Source of the DNA: the human T2T-CHM13v2.0 reference genome, Homo sapiens
Reading direction: 5' to 3' (one strand)
Assembly (NCBI RefSeq): GCF_009914755.1
Contig: NC_060936.1
DNA: 64,000 nt
How positions within the stretch are numbered: the stretch's first letter is position 1; each line of letters opens with the position of its first letter. Shown piece after piece: positions 1-13,758 of the stretch. The notes beneath the pieces were generated by a model. The model was not told where the DNA came from. It was given only the letters and a program-made list of their open reading frames with translations, and made no database searches. A program made the translations under genes and the position numbers.

Positions 1-351
1 TTATTCCAGGAAAACAGGAGTTTGGGGCTCAGATGTTGGGAGGTGCCCTGGATCTGCCCCCCCACCCCCGCAAGTTGCAACTACCCAGGTCCCTCTGTGG
101 AAGCATCAGGCAGGCAATAGCTCAAATTCTTTACACTGAGCCCTTTGTTGGGTACTGTGGCGCTTGGCTATGTCATGAGACAGAGGTGCCCAGGACACCA
201 GAGCAGACATAGTCCACATGTGACTCATGTGACCCCATCTTGGGGCACAGCTTTTGCATGTGAGTTGGTGCAAGTGGGTGTCTGGGGGACAGAATCGTCA
301 CACTTCATTCCTTATAATATCCCTTAGCTCCTAATGATAATACTAGCCACC

Positions 352-500
352 CTGGGCCTCGGTTTCCTTCTCTGTATAATGGGAATAAGTCTCCACTTCA
401 CAAGGTCACGGAGGGATTGGATGGTTTAGTGCTCAGAGGGCACCTAGAGCACAGCCTGCATGTACAAGAGCCTGGATGCATTGGTGCTTCTTATGATCAC
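352..500 (+). mobile_element. MIR SINE fragment
   Basis: MIR core-like cctcggtttccttctctgtataatggg. Confidence 0.6.
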
Positions 501-624
501 TCTGTCTTGTGCATTTCTTGCTTAACCCATATGGCAGCTTCATGAGCCACATGCTATCATTTTGCATATGACCATATTCAATAACAGTCATAGGCATCTC
601 ATTCATCATAGCACAAACTCATCC

Positions 625-790
625 TCATTGAATGCTTACCCTCTGCCACGTGTGCTGTGCTAAGTTCTGTACGTGGACTACTCATCGAATCTGAGAATCT
701 TACTATTCCCATTTTTACAAATGAGGAAACTGAGGCACGGAGGGTTTTGATGACTTGTCTACTGTTGTACATCAAGCCTGTGGCTGGGCC
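625..790 (-). mobile_element. MIR SINE
   Basis: cccatttttacaaatgaggaaactgaggc = reverse MIR core. Confidence 0.8.
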
Positions 791-1124
791 CCGTGCACAC
801 ACTTCCGGCTTCCCTTCTCTGCTGTTGTCTTCCTTCCTGGGATATAGCCCTCAGTGGGAACTGAGCAGGCCCTTTGCCCACTGCTGGGCCCCAGAAACGA
901 GAGAGCCTAGCCCATGTGCTGACCCAGGCCTCCCTCCCCAGGCCCCAGCCCTCTCTGCCCTTCTAGTGTCCTTGACCCTGTGTGGCGAGGGGTCACCGCC
1001 TCATCTGTATGGCTCCCACAGAAAGCCAGCGACGGCTCCCAATGCATCACGGAGTGGCAGTCACGCCAGAGCCGGGGTGTCATTTCCATCCATCTTTCTC
1101 CAACCGCTCCCTGTCACGAAGCAA

Positions 1125-1520
1125 GGGAGGTCGGGGTGTGGGGGGAGGAAGAGGGGAAGATGGATGGGGTGGGGGCTGAGAGGCAGGGATGGGAGTGGGA
1201 AGGGAGGAGGGAGCGGAGGAGGAGGAGAAGAATGGAGGGGAAGGAGAAAAGGGGAAAAGAAGGAAGAAAGGCCCCAGGGGGAGAGATTGCTGAGTAAGGG
1301 AGATGAGGAAAGAAATGAGAAGGGAGGAGAGGACGCTGTGAGCTAGAAGGAAGTGGCCAGCAAGAGAACTAGGAGAGGGAGGCAGAGGGAGGAGGGGATG
1401 GGAGAGAGAAGCAGAGAAGGCTGAGGAGGGACGCTGGGGAAAGAGGAGTGTGGGAAGAAAATGCAGTTTTAAGGAAGGTGGAAAGGCGGCAGAAACTGGA
1501 GGCAGGGAGGCAAGGAGAGG
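1125..1520. repeat. GA-rich low-complexity purine tract
   Basis: Almost pure G/A on + strand. Confidence 0.85.
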
Positions 1521-1704
1521 CGACTTGGACTGCCCCAGCCTGTTTGTTTATTTGTTTTCTCAATTCCAACAGCCTCCCCCCGCTCTGTAGCCCTGGGCAA
1601 AGTCTAAATCAAAGCAGAGGTGGGAGGGGAGCTCCTAGCAGATGCGCCTGCAGGGCTGGGCCCTGAGCTGTCCCCAGACCCCAGAGAGGGGCCTGACAAA
1701 TGGA

Positions 1705-1934
1705 GGGACCTCAACTAGGGCTGCTCAATGTCACTGCTCCATGAGGTCTCTCATCCTCCACCAGGCTTGTGGGGTTCTTTGCATGATGGTCTCAGGATTC
1801 CAAAAAGCAGCAAGTTAGGGAAAGCTCTAATGCACAAGCACGTTGTAAGACTCCACTCACATCATATTTACTAATGTCTCATTGGCCAAAGCAAGCCACG
1901 TGGCCAAGTCTAGCTTCAAGGGAGAGAGAAATGG
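1705..1934 (-). mobile_element. MLT1 (MLT1K-like) LTR fragment, local duplicate of 3473-3712
   Basis: cattggccaaagcaagccacgtggccaag MaLR motif; aligns to the copy at 3473-3699. Confidence 0.75.
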
Positions 1935-2169
1935 GGGAGCGACATCCTCAATCCCCACTTGTCTTGGGCCAAGCTGGCTTGGGCTCTCATGAAGGCATTG
2001 CCTCTTGAGAGGGCATGTCTATGCCTTCATTTGGATCACCTGCCATGCTCCTTCTCCCTTTTGAAAACCCTATCCATTCCTCAACCTCTCCTTGTTCAGG
2101 AGATCTCCTCTGATTCCTTCTGCCTAGGGAGGGGTTCGCTTTGACCTCAGGATTTAGTACTTAACTTGT

Positions 2170-2835
2170 AGTTGTGGGGTGGTATCCCAAACTGAAATGA
2201 ACACAAGGTTCAAACTGATATGAACCAGGCAGGTAACATACATGAAGGTGGCTGGTCAGGTTCACCTTAGGGCAATAGGGAATGGTGGGGATGGGGGCAA
2301 ACTGGAGAGTGCACATATCTCCCAACAGAGTCCCGGGAGGAAACAGATGACATCCTCAAATTAGGATAATCCAAAAAGGTTTATATACAAAGGGATACAT
2401 TACAAAGGTGTGGGGGCCTTGGAGGCAATCTAAAGAAATAGATCCTCCTCTCTTGGGAGTGGTGGGGGAGTAGCAGAGGAGCCATTACCACTCTTAGGCC
2501 AAAGGGATGAGAAGCGAGTGGGAAGGGAGGGAGCCAGGAGACTGAGTAACTAAACACCCTACCCTCACATTCTTCCCACCCTCCAGTTTCCTACTGGTGC
2601 CTCCCATTGGCTGAATCCAACCATGAATCAGAGAGAAGGGAGCCCATTGGTGAATCCATGTTACTCCATCTCCCATGACAAGGACTGGGTAGAAAAAAGT
2701 GGAGAATGAAAAGGAGGACAAGCCGATTATATCTGGGATAGTGTGTCCCACCTGAAGATGTTGACATTTATTATATTTTAAATACTATCATCTAAGCATA
2801 CTCTAAAATTCCTTCCTTGACCCACTAGTTTGAGA
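2170..2835. mobile_element. MER102-like hAT DNA transposon relic split by LTR33
   Basis: ccaggcaggtaacatac...gggaatggtggggatgggggcaaactggagagtgc. Confidence 0.45.
2326..2741 (-). mobile_element. LTR33-family ERVL solo LTR
   Basis: ctggtgcctcccattggctgaatccaacc...agggagcccattggtg. Confidence 0.7.
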
Positions 2836-3269
2836 TGTTTTTCTATCCCCTGTCCAACACACACTCCATGAATTAGTCAAGGCTTCCCTGTTGTATTCTA
2901 ACCTTCTCGAAGACAAGGATTCGGTGTCGCATGCTTTCTCTAATCTCTACAACACCTTACACATAGTAAGGTGCTTAACATGGTGGATAGTGGATTTCTA
3001 GAATTAGTGAATTTAACATTAGTAGCTTCATCTGAATAACCTGGAGTCTTTGCACAACACAGTAGTAATTTATTTTGTCAAGGCAGGAATTTAAATCTCA
3101 CATGCATAAGTGAGCATCATTCAGCTATGGAATGAGCCTAGCAACCACCCAGAAATCATATTTCATTACCTCTATTTTCTGCTCAGTAAATCTGGTTAAT
3201 GGATCCAAACTTTTTTCTTGAAAAATCACTTCAAAAAATAAACTAACTTCAAGTCACTGATGAGGCAAG

Positions 3270-3772
3270 TGTATCAGTTAGCTTTTGCTGTGTAACAAGT
3301 AGGCACAAAATGTGGTGGCCTAAACCAACACCAATTTTATTTTGCTCTTGATTCTGTGGGTTGGCTGGGATGGCTAGAACGGCTTTCTTGGTCTGGGCTG
3401 GCTTAACTGGGGCTGCATAGTCTAGGATGGCTTCACTCACACATCTGGCAGGTGGTAGGCTATTTGATCCAGGGGACCTCAGCTAGGGCCTGCCTCACTC
3501 ATCACTGATCCATGTGGTCTCTCATCCTCCAGCAGGTTTGTCTGGACTTCTTTGCATGATGGTCTCAGGGTTCCAAAAAGCAGCAAGACAGGGAAAGCCC
3601 TAATGCACAACCGCCGTTTAAACCTCTGCTCACTTCATATTTACTAATCTCTTATTGGCTAAAGCAAGCCACATGGCTGAGTCTAGATTCAAGGGAGAGT
3701 GGGGGGGAAATGGACTCCACCTCTTGGTGGGAAGGAAGCAAAGATTTTGTGGCCATTGCTGCAAATGACCAT
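3270..3772 (-). mobile_element. MLT1K-like MaLR solo LTR
   Basis: Starts tgtatcagttagcttttgctgtgtaacaa; contains attggctaaagcaagccacatgg. Confidence 0.8.
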
Positions 3773-3799
3773 AAGGAATGAGCTCAAGAGAAGGGGTCT

Positions 3800-4515
<716 letters not shown>

Positions 4516-4781
4516 TTCAAAGAAAGAAAAATAACAATAAATGATGTTGCTCTTATAGAATCATTAAGCATATAAAAGGGAATGTTGAATTTTTTTTATT
4601 CTTAACCACATTTTATGGGAGAAACAGGCTATAGTGTGAGCTTGGGAGTTTGTAATCCCTCCTTTTCCACCCCTGTAGGATATGATTCTTGGGGACATGT
4701 TTTTTGGGTCTTCTCTCCACACTTCTGAGGGTTTGAGAATAGGCAGCCCTGGTTGTTGGGGAGAGGTTAAAGCTTCAAAAG

Positions 4782-5286
4782 TTTATCAGTTAGCTTATGA
4801 TGTGTAACAAATTTCCCCTGAATTTAAGGTTTTTAAACTACAACCAATTATTATTGCTCACTATTTTATGGGTCAACTGAGTGTTTTCTTCAGGCCATGG
4901 CTGGGCTTCCTCATACATCTCTGGACAGCTGTGGTCCAGCTTTGCTGACGTGGCTTTGTTCTTTCACATCTGGGACCTTGCTGGGGCCATGGGACTGGTC
5001 TATGGTTGGTCTATTTTGTCTCTCATCCTCCAGTAGGCTGGTCTGGGTTTCTTCATATGCTGATGGCAGGACTCTGAGAGGGAGAGAAGAAGCTATGAGG
5101 CGTCTTGAGGCCTCAGCTTGGATCTGGTTGAACTTCACTCCCTCCACATTCTGTTGGCCAAAGCAAGTCACAAAGCAGCCCAGAAAGGGCCAGTGGTCTC
5201 CGTTTTTGATCGGAAGAGCAATGTCATATTGAGAAGGGAATGGAAACATGGAGTGGGGAGAAATGAAAGCATTTTCACAAACAGTC
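4782..5286 (-). mobile_element. MLT1 (I/J-like) solo LTR
   Basis: tttatcagttagcttatgatgtgtaacaaa...ttggccaaagcaagtcaca. Confidence 0.75.
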
Positions 5287-5489
5287 TGAATAAATAGGGG
5301 TTGGGATGGCCTCTAGGGCAGGGCTGTTCCCTGGTTGAAGAGCTGGTGCTGTCCAAGACCTCTCTTGGGCAGTATCTGGCCATTAGCTCTCTGCACGAAT
5401 CTTTCTTAGAGCATCTGTCCCAGTATGCTGTCATTATGCATTTGTCTGTCTCTGGACTGTGAGTTCTGCCAGACCCAGGCAGAGGCCCC

Positions 5490-6074
5490 AGCTTATCACC
5501 CATGCATCATTGTCAATATACTTCAATGGCTCCACATTGCACTAGAATTAAATTCAAACTCCTGGCCTCAGCCCACAAGGTCCTCCTTTGGCCTGGCTTC
5601 TGCCTGCCTCCCCTTCTTCCTTCTGTGCCCACCCACTCTCTCACCACTCATCTCTTTCCAATGCTGTGCTAGGTCAACCTCATTCCTGCCTCAGGACCTT
5701 TGCACTTGCTGTTCCCTTGGATGGGTCGTATCTCCCTGGCTCCTGGCAGGGAGAGATCTATATCCTCCGTTAGGGCTCAGCTCAAATGTCATCCCTTGAG
5801 AGAGGCCCTCCCCCGCCACTCAGATCCCCCTTGTTATTATTTTCTTTTTATCATAGCACCTGTTTCTTTCCATAACAGCATAATTTACATTTTTATTTAT
5901 CTATGCGTTGATTTGTTTCCTGTCTACCTCTCCTTTCTAGACTGTCAGCTCCACGAGGCCAAGGACTTCACCTGTCTTAATCCTTGATAGTATCCTTGGT
6001 GCCAAGAAGAACACCTAGGACATAGCAGGTGCTCAGTAAACATGGCTTAAATGATAGATGGATGGATGACTTCT
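5490..6074 (+). mobile_element. L2 LINE 3' end
   Basis: cctgcctcaggacctttgcacttgctgttccc; ctcagctcaaatgtcatc; catagcaggtgctcagtaaa. Confidence 0.85.
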
Positions 6075-6284
6075 TTTTTTTAAGGGTTTTTTTTTTAATT
6101 AAAACTATTAATGCACTTAGGGATGAAAGACCAGAGGTGCTCCCCAACTCTATTACTGTTTCTTCCTCCCATGAGGCTACTACATCGAACATTTTATATA
6201 TATATATATATATATATTAAAATTATATTTTAAGTTCTAGGGTACATGTGCACAACGTGCAGTTTTGTTACATATTTATACATG
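6075..6284 (-). mobile_element. Short L1PA 3' stub (6221-6284) with apparent 3' transduction, flanked by 18-bp TSD
   Basis: taagttctagggtacatgtgcacaacgtgcag L1PA end; TSD gatggatggat(g/t)acttct at 6057-6074 and 6285-6302. Confidence 0.75.
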
Positions 6285-6329
6285 GATGGATGGATTACTT
6301 CTACATGTTTTCCTAACACACCAGGTGTT

Positions 6330-6560
6330 TTGATGGTTAAAACCTTCCAGAGTCTAACAGATCAAGGTTTGAATCCTGGCTTTGCCACTTTCTCGCTGTG
6401 TGACTTTAGGTGAATTTCTTAACCTCTCCTGGTCTCCATTTCTTTCCAATTGTTTTCAAATGAAAAGAATAATAGTCCATCCCTTGTAGGGTGGTGGGAG
6501 GAGTCAATGAGATAATCACAGAAGGCACTTAGCATAGGACCAAGCACTGCAATATTAGTA
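6330..6560 (+). mobile_element. MIR
   Basis: gtttgaatcctggctttgccactt...tgtgtgactttagg. Confidence 0.75.
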
Positions 6561-6854
6561 ATCACATTGTCTTACTTAGTTCTCACACTCACTACCGTGT
6601 GAAGTAGGTATCACACTGTTTCCATTTCACAGAAGGGGTGACTGAGGCTTGGGAAGTAAGGGGCCTTGTGGTTACAGGGTCGAGAGGGCAGTTTGGGGAT
6701 TGATAGTCGCATTTGCCACAGAGTTGGGGTGCACCAAGTAGTTGTTCTCTTCTCTCCGCCAGCCAATGCCTGGGTGGGTGACGGGGCCAGTAGAAAGCAG
6801 GGCAGGAGGGAGTGGAGGAGGAGACTGGGGGCGGCTGGAGACCTTAGAGGTTGG

Positions 6855-7045
6855 GAGTGCCAAGCTTGGAGCTGGAGCCCTAGTTCTGCCACTTCGTAGC
6901 TGTGTGTCCTTGGGCAGTGGCTTAACCTCTCTGAGCCTCATTTCTTCATCCATAAGGCGGATTTAATAACAAACCTTGTAAGGCCAGGGTGAGGCTTGGA
7001 TAGTGCATGTGACACAGGCAGAGGGACCGGCTCAGTAACTGTGAG
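6855..7045 (+). mobile_element. MIR
   Basis: tgtgtgtccttgggcagtggcttaacctctctgagcctcatttcttcatc. Confidence 0.8.
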
Positions 7046-7713
7046 AGGTCCTGTCCCCACCCTGGTTTTGCAGCCAGGAGATGCAGCATCCGAAGGAGGA
7101 GGAAGACAAGCACCTTCCCCATTGCGGCCTGGGCGTCTGCATCCTGAAGTTAAGGCATTTGGGGCACTGCGAAGAGCAACTTGAGCAATTCTTCTGTGTT
7201 GTCTCTGCTCAATGATGTCCTGGAGAGAATGGAGGGAACCAGGGACCCTGACTTTTCTTGTCTTCTCCACCTTGCCTGGTGCTGGTAACCATTCAATAGG
7301 GGACCATTTCTCCAAAAGTGAGTTTCTTAGCCCTCCAAAAGCACACATGGGCTTGGTCTCCGTGCAGCAGTTTCAGGCATCATCCCAGGGACCAAACTCT
7401 GGAATGGGAATTAAATGAGTCTCTACCCTCCTCCGGGGTCTCAGGAACCCCAGAGGGCTGAGGGGCAAGTGATGGAGACTCTTTCTGGAGCAGGGATGTC
7501 CCAGGGGATGATATGGTAGAAAGAGCACTGGATTGGGATTTTTTTTTATTTCCCATGTGGATTTGGGGAGTTATAAATAACACTGCATGAACATCTTTGT
7601 GCATTGGTCTTTTAACTTCTGAGGATTTTTTTTTTAGCGTTAATTTGCAGGAGAGGGTTTTACGCATGGAATGGGGTGCTATTATTCCCTGTCAACCCAT
7701 TTATTCTCCCTCC

Positions 7714-8013
7714 TTTTTTTTTTTTTTTTTTTGAGACAAGGTTTTACTCCCGTCGCCCAGGCTGGAGTGCAGTGGTGCGATCTGAGCTCACTACAACCTC
7801 TGCCTCCTGGGCTCAAGTGATTCTCCTGCCTCAGCCTCCCGAGTAGCTGGGACTACAGGCACATGCCACGACGCCCAGCTAATTTTTGTATTTTTAGTAG
7901 AGATGGGGTTTCACTATGATGGCCAGACTAGTTTTGAACTCCTGACCTTAAGTGATCTGCCCGCCTCAGTCTCTAGTTGCTGGGATTACAGGTGTGAGCC
8001 ACTGCCCCTGGTC
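7714..8013 (-). mobile_element. Alu (S/J)
   Basis: Full reverse Alu, ctccctcct flanking repeat. Confidence 0.95.
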
Positions 8014-8474
8014 TCTCCCTCCTCTTCTGTCCTGCTCTGTGCTCTGGGAAGCTGACCCGTATATTTTATGGGCTCCCTTGCTGTCTGGCTTATGTTGGGT
8101 TTGGCCAGTGGGAGGGCACCGTTGGAGGGCAGGAGGAGAGAGAGGTTGGGGTGTTTCTTCCTGCCTCCTTCCTTGATTCTGCAGTGTGGCTTGGACCATA
8201 GTTCACCCTCCAGACTATCCCTCCTGTGGCCCCTCCTCCAGCACTGGGCTTTATCAGGGCCATTTCATCCCTCTGCCCCTTCAGCACTGGGGAGTGGGTG
8301 ATGGTGGGGGGTGGGGAACAACAGCTCCCCATTGTTGCTAGTCTCTGGGTCCCTCTACCTTTCTTGTTGGTTCTGTTAACCCTCCTGACATCTCTGTAAA
8401 TAGTCCTTTCATTAAAATATTTTTATTTGAACCATCTGGGGATGAATTCCATCTCTTTCTAAGACTCTGACTGA

Positions 8475-8795
8475 GCTGGCATGGTGGCTCATGCCTGTAT
8501 TCCCAACACTTTGGGAACAGAGGCAGGAGGATTACTTGAGCCCAGGAGTTCGAGACCAACCTGGGCAACATCATGAGATCCCATCTCTCCAAAAAAAAAA
8601 AATAAATAATAAAATAAAATAAAAAATAGCTGGATGTGTTGGTGCATGCCTGTGGTCCCAGCTACTCAGAAGGCTGAGGTGAGAGTATTGCTTGCGCCCA
8701 GGAGGTCGAGGCTGCAATGAACCATGATTGTGCCACTGTACTCCAGGCTTGGTGACACAGTGAGACCCCCTCTCCAAAAATAAAATAAAATTTAA
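8475..8795 (+). mobile_element. AluJ
   Basis: Full Alu; TSD aagac(t/c)ctgactga at 8461-8474 and 8796-8809. Confidence 0.95.
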
Positions 8796-9048
8796 AAGAC
8801 CCTGACTGATACGTGGTTTATTGCATTGAAGGACACATCTATGATCATATTTACAAGTGGATTTCCACAAGTTTGTGCCAACTGACCCTGCCGTTAATGA
8901 AGTTTGCTTGCACCATTGATCAGCAACGTCCTAAGTTTTGGTTGTTATGGATTTTAAAAACCCCATCAATTTGTACGAATAAAAACAAAACAAAATAAAA
9001 CCGCTTTCACTGATACTAATGCTTTAAAAAAATAGTATAAGAGTTAGA

Positions 9049-9276
9049 AGTGGCATCTCCAAGTGGAAATTTGTTCACTAGTGTCCATTTTGTCCCCAGG
9101 GGACAGTTACCAATGCCTGGAGACATTTTTGGTTGTCTCCAAAATGGGGGAGGGGGAAGGGGCTACTGGGACCTCATGGGGAGAGGCCAGGGATGTTGCT
9201 AAACACCCTCCAGTTCACAGGACAGCCCCTCAACAAAAAGTATCCGGCTCCAAATGCGCAAAGGTTGAGAAACCCT
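9049..9276 (+). mobile_element. MER20 hAT-Charlie
   Basis: caatgcctggagacatttttggttgtc; gaggccagggatgttgctaaaca; ggttgagaaaccct. Confidence 0.85.
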
Positions 9277-9909
9277 CAGCTACCCTTTGCCCACGTCTCA
9301 GTAGAGAGTAGAACATATTTGCTCCATGAATAGACACATGCCAGTCATTTTTCTTTCCTTTGCTGAGATCATCCGGTCACATTCTTTGACCAGGGGTGTG
9401 AGATTTGGTAAATCCAGCTCCAGGCCCAGCTTGGTCATTCACTTGTTTCGTGATCCGGGCTGATGTTTCACATCAAGTCAGTAAAGCCTTTTCTCCTTGT
9501 CCTGTACCCACATTGAGCTTTAGTGAAGACCAAATGGGGTATTGGGCAGGAAACGATTTGGAAAAGTATAAGGTGCCTTACAAATCAAATCAGGCTATAC
9601 TTTCTAAACTCCTACTATGTGCTGGGGGTTCAGATCAGGAATTCACTGTCCTAAAAATGAGGCCACTAGCCATATGGTGGCCTATGGCCAGAGGCTGCTC
9701 TCTCTGAGAAGCATCCTCAGAGTGGGCTGGGAAGGCCTCCTGAAGGAAGGGTGACTCATACTTAAACTTGAGTTTGTATGGTAAGATTTACAGGAGTCAG
9801 ACTTCCTGGGGTCAAATCCCACCCCAGGCACCACCACCCAATGGCTATGTTACTTCAGTCAAGTGACCTGGTCTATTCATTTGTAAAATAGAAAATGAAA
9901 TAATAGCTC

Positions 9910-10420
9910 CGTTTCAGTTATCTATTGCTACATAAGAAAACACCTCAAACCTTAGTGGCTGAAAACAACAATGATTTTTTATTTTTCACAATTCTGTAGG
10001 TTGACTAGGCTCAGCTGGGAGACTCTTCAATGTGGTGTCTGCTGGCGTCACTTGTGTGGCTGCATTTATGTGGTAGCTGGACTGCATGGGGAGGTCCAAG
10101 AAGGTTGTACTTAAGTGTCTTGTGCCTGCCTCAATGCTCCTCCATGTGACCTCTTACACCTCATGGTTGGCTTTGGGCTTCCTCACAACATGGTGGTCTT
10201 AGGGTAGTCAGGCTTCTTACATGGAACGTGGCTTCAAAGAGGAGAAAGTAGACTCTACCAGTCCTCTTCAGACCTGGGCTTGAAAAATCTCAGAACATCT
10301 TTTCTGCTTCATTCTAGGGGTCAAAGCAAGTCACAAGGTAAGACTAGATTCAAGGAAAACCGAATGTGTGAACAGGAAGGGAAGGAATCCATGCTGGCTA
10401 CCTCTGGAAATAATCTATCA
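9910..10420 (-). mobile_element. MLT1 (H-like) solo LTR inserted in a MIR
   Basis: gtttcagttatctattgctacataag...cttagtggctgaaaacaac; caaagcaagtcacaagg. Confidence 0.75.
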
Positions 10421-10496
10421 TGTTATCTGTCTCATAGGATTGTTGTTGAATAATGTCATATATGGGGTGTACTTTGTTAACTCTCTGAAAATATAA

Positions 10497-11022
<526 letters not shown>

Positions 11023-11186
11023 TAAGCATATTTAATTCTCACAACAACCCTTTGAGGTAGGTCCTGTTATTACCCCATGTTACAGAAAAGGACACTGAGT
11101 CACCAAGAGATGAAGTGATTTGTCCAAGGTTACACAGGTAGGAAACAGCAGAGCCCAGGATTTGAACCCAAGCCATGCTTAATCAT

Positions 11187-11736
11187 TGTATTAGTTATCT
11201 ATTTCTTTATAACAGATGACCACAAACTCAATGGCTGTAAAGAATAAACATTTATTACCTCACAGTTTCTGTGGGTCAGGAATCAGGAGCAGCTTAGCTT
11301 GGGCCTCTGGCTCAGGGACTCTCATAGGTCCAATCAAGGTGTCAGCCCGGGCAACAGTCATTTCAAGGGTCACTGGGGGAAGCTCTGCTTCCAAGCTTGC
11401 TCATGGGGCTGTTGGCAGGTTTCAGGTTCTTACCAGCTTTTGGCTGGAGACATTGTTCCTTGCCTCAGGGGCCTTTTCTAGGGCTGCCCACAATATGGCA
11501 GCTTGCTTCTCTTAAAGCCAGGGATCTCAGAGAGGGAGCAAGCAAGTCATAACCTTTTTCCAACTGAATCTTAGAGGTGACATCCCATTTCTTTTGCCAT
11601 AGTGCCTTCATTAGAAGTGAGTCACTAGGTCCAGCCCACTTTCAAGGGATGGGAACTACACAAGGGAATGAATACTGGAAGGTGGGGAACTTTGGGGACA
11701 TCTTAAGGCAGCCACCTTATGAGGCTGCTTGCCACA
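11187..11736 (-). mobile_element. MLT1 (E/F-like) solo LTR
   Basis: tgtattagttatctatt...cacagtttctgtgggtcaggaatc...gccaca. Confidence 0.8.
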
Positions 11737-12519
11737 ACCACTGTACTCAACTCCTGAAACACCACAGCTGCCCTCAGTAATAGTCAGCAATTGCTTAAAT
11801 GTTCTGGCTGCTTTAGCATATTCATTACAGTGTCCTAAAAAAAAGGCCAGGGCAGATGCCCTGAGTGCCCCACAGAGTTCCCCAGGCCTCGGTCTCTGTC
11901 TTCCAGGAAATAATAAGCAAATACAGAGGTTGTTGATTCAGGTGTGGATGGATTGGTTGCTAGTGAGAGACTCCCAGAGAGGAGTAGATGTCATTTGAAA
12001 AATTAGTAGCATTTGGAAAAAGAGCTGAGCCTGTTGTTTTCCTTACACAAACTATGGAGTAGAAAGATGAACAGAATCTCCTTGGTTTGTGGGGACGCAT
12101 AGATGGAAGGGCAGAAATTCTCAGCTGTCGATGGGTGGGCATTCTTAGACTCTTGGGGAGGGGAGGGGGGAGGATTTTGTGTTATGAAAAGGCTGAGAAA
12201 TGCACATCTAACCCTAATTCTTTACAGTGTTGCCCTGGATTCCTCTTACTTTAGAACAAGGTGATTTTTCCCAGTTCAGAGAGAGGTGACCATTGGTCAA
12301 TGCAGTTCTGGTCATTTCTTAGCCCCCGAACACCTGCATCCTCAGAGCTGGGGCCTCCTCTGTGGGATGGGCTGGATAATGGTGGAGGGAAGGACCTGGT
12401 TGTGCTGGGGAAATATGCCAGAATGATTGGAGACAGCCATGCCTGGGAGGTAGGTCTCCAGGCGGTGGGGATGCTGGTTCCTGTTTCTGCATTTTCCTGT
12501 GAAAAGTCTTTCCTGTATC

Positions 12520-12960
12520 AGTGCCTTCATACACTGCCCTAGTGCAGACAGAGATCCACAGTGGTTTATCCACTTTGCAATCTTCCTCCCCACCCCTCAG
12601 CAAACCTTCTATATTTCACCAAAACAAAAGACTAAGACCATGTGGATCTGGCCTCTGTTGATGTCCTTACCACCTGGTTCACTTCTCTCCCAGATCTATT
12701 CTCAGAGGAGTCCAGCAGGAGCTGGGGATGTGAGCATGAGATTTCTCCCTATAGCCCAGTTGAGCCACCAGGAAAGACCAAAATCCTTCACCCTTTCCCC
12801 TTTTCTTCCCATCACTAGCATCTGCACCACTCACCAGTGAGGGCAGCGAGCCAGGTAGGTGGCCGGAGGAGTGGGGAGGGGCAGCCTCACCCAGGATGGG
12901 GCTGGGAAGGAAGGAGTGAAGTGGTGTAGGGTACAAAGAGCTTGGAACAAAATTAGGACC
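12520..12960 (+). repeat. Local duplication copy A (inverted repeat of 14048-14477)
   Basis: 24 mismatches in 300 ungapped bp (12601-12900) versus reverse complement of copy B. Confidence 0.95.
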
Positions 12961-13169
12961 AGTGATCGGAACTTTCCTTACAAAAGGGAGAGGGGTCTTG
13001 AAATGGTCTCTTTTTCCCACTGGCTAGGTTGCAGGAAGAATGTTTGTAGATCAAGTTCCTTAAGCCGGCACTACTGAAACTTTCTCTAGTCTTGGGAAAG
13101 GTGGGAGTAAAGTGGGGATGGAAACATCAGCAGCAGGGGCTGCAGGTAATAACAGTGACAACAACCACA

Positions 13170-13395
13170 ACTTCTAACTGTCTCGAGCACATAGCATGTG
13201 CAGGGCATGCAATCCTCACGCCATGCCACAGGGAGTGACCGTCCTGCTCGATGTCCCCAGCTACATCTGCGGAAACTGAGTGACAGGACACAGAAATGAC
13301 TTGTTCAAGGTTACATAACTTCGAAGTGTCAGAGGAAAGAGTTACACATAGTCCTGTTTGACTCCAGTGTGAACGCTGCCAACCACTAAGCTATG
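13170..13395 (-). mobile_element. MIR
   Basis: ggaaactgagtgacagg...tgacttgttcaaggttacat. Confidence 0.55.
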
Positions 13396-13758
13396 CCTTC
13401 TATGTCCTACATCTTGGTGGGATTGGTAAATTTGTTCGCAAAGCTGTGTTCTTTTGCAAAAATATAAACTCAGCCCTTGTTGTTTCTGCTGAAGGCTGGG
13501 TACTCCCACATAATTCCCCACTTTCCCCACCACAGTCCTTGGCATGCTCTATTTTAGGTCTCAGTGCAACAGGTTCTCTTCTGCATGTCAGTATCCTCAG
13601 CACAGAATGGGCCAGGTAAAAATGCCATGGACGTGCAGCCATGTTGTGCACAGAGGCACACATAGTTGGTGCTAGGGAAATATTTGCTCAAGAATTGAAT
13701 GGAAGGCACCTGGGTCTGTCTTGAGCTGTCTTGAGCTAGGGGCATTTTTGTCTCTACC

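Larger units (their letters stand above)
7670..8813 (+). mobile_element. LTR33-family solo LTR interrupted by two Alus
   Basis: gggctcccttgctgtctggcttatgttgggtttggccagtgggagg; ends ccctgactgatac. Confidence 0.7.

Noticed and set aside
657-1346. 229-aa ORF
   Set aside because: Begins in a MIR and ends in a GA-rich tract lacking stops; no recognisable domain.
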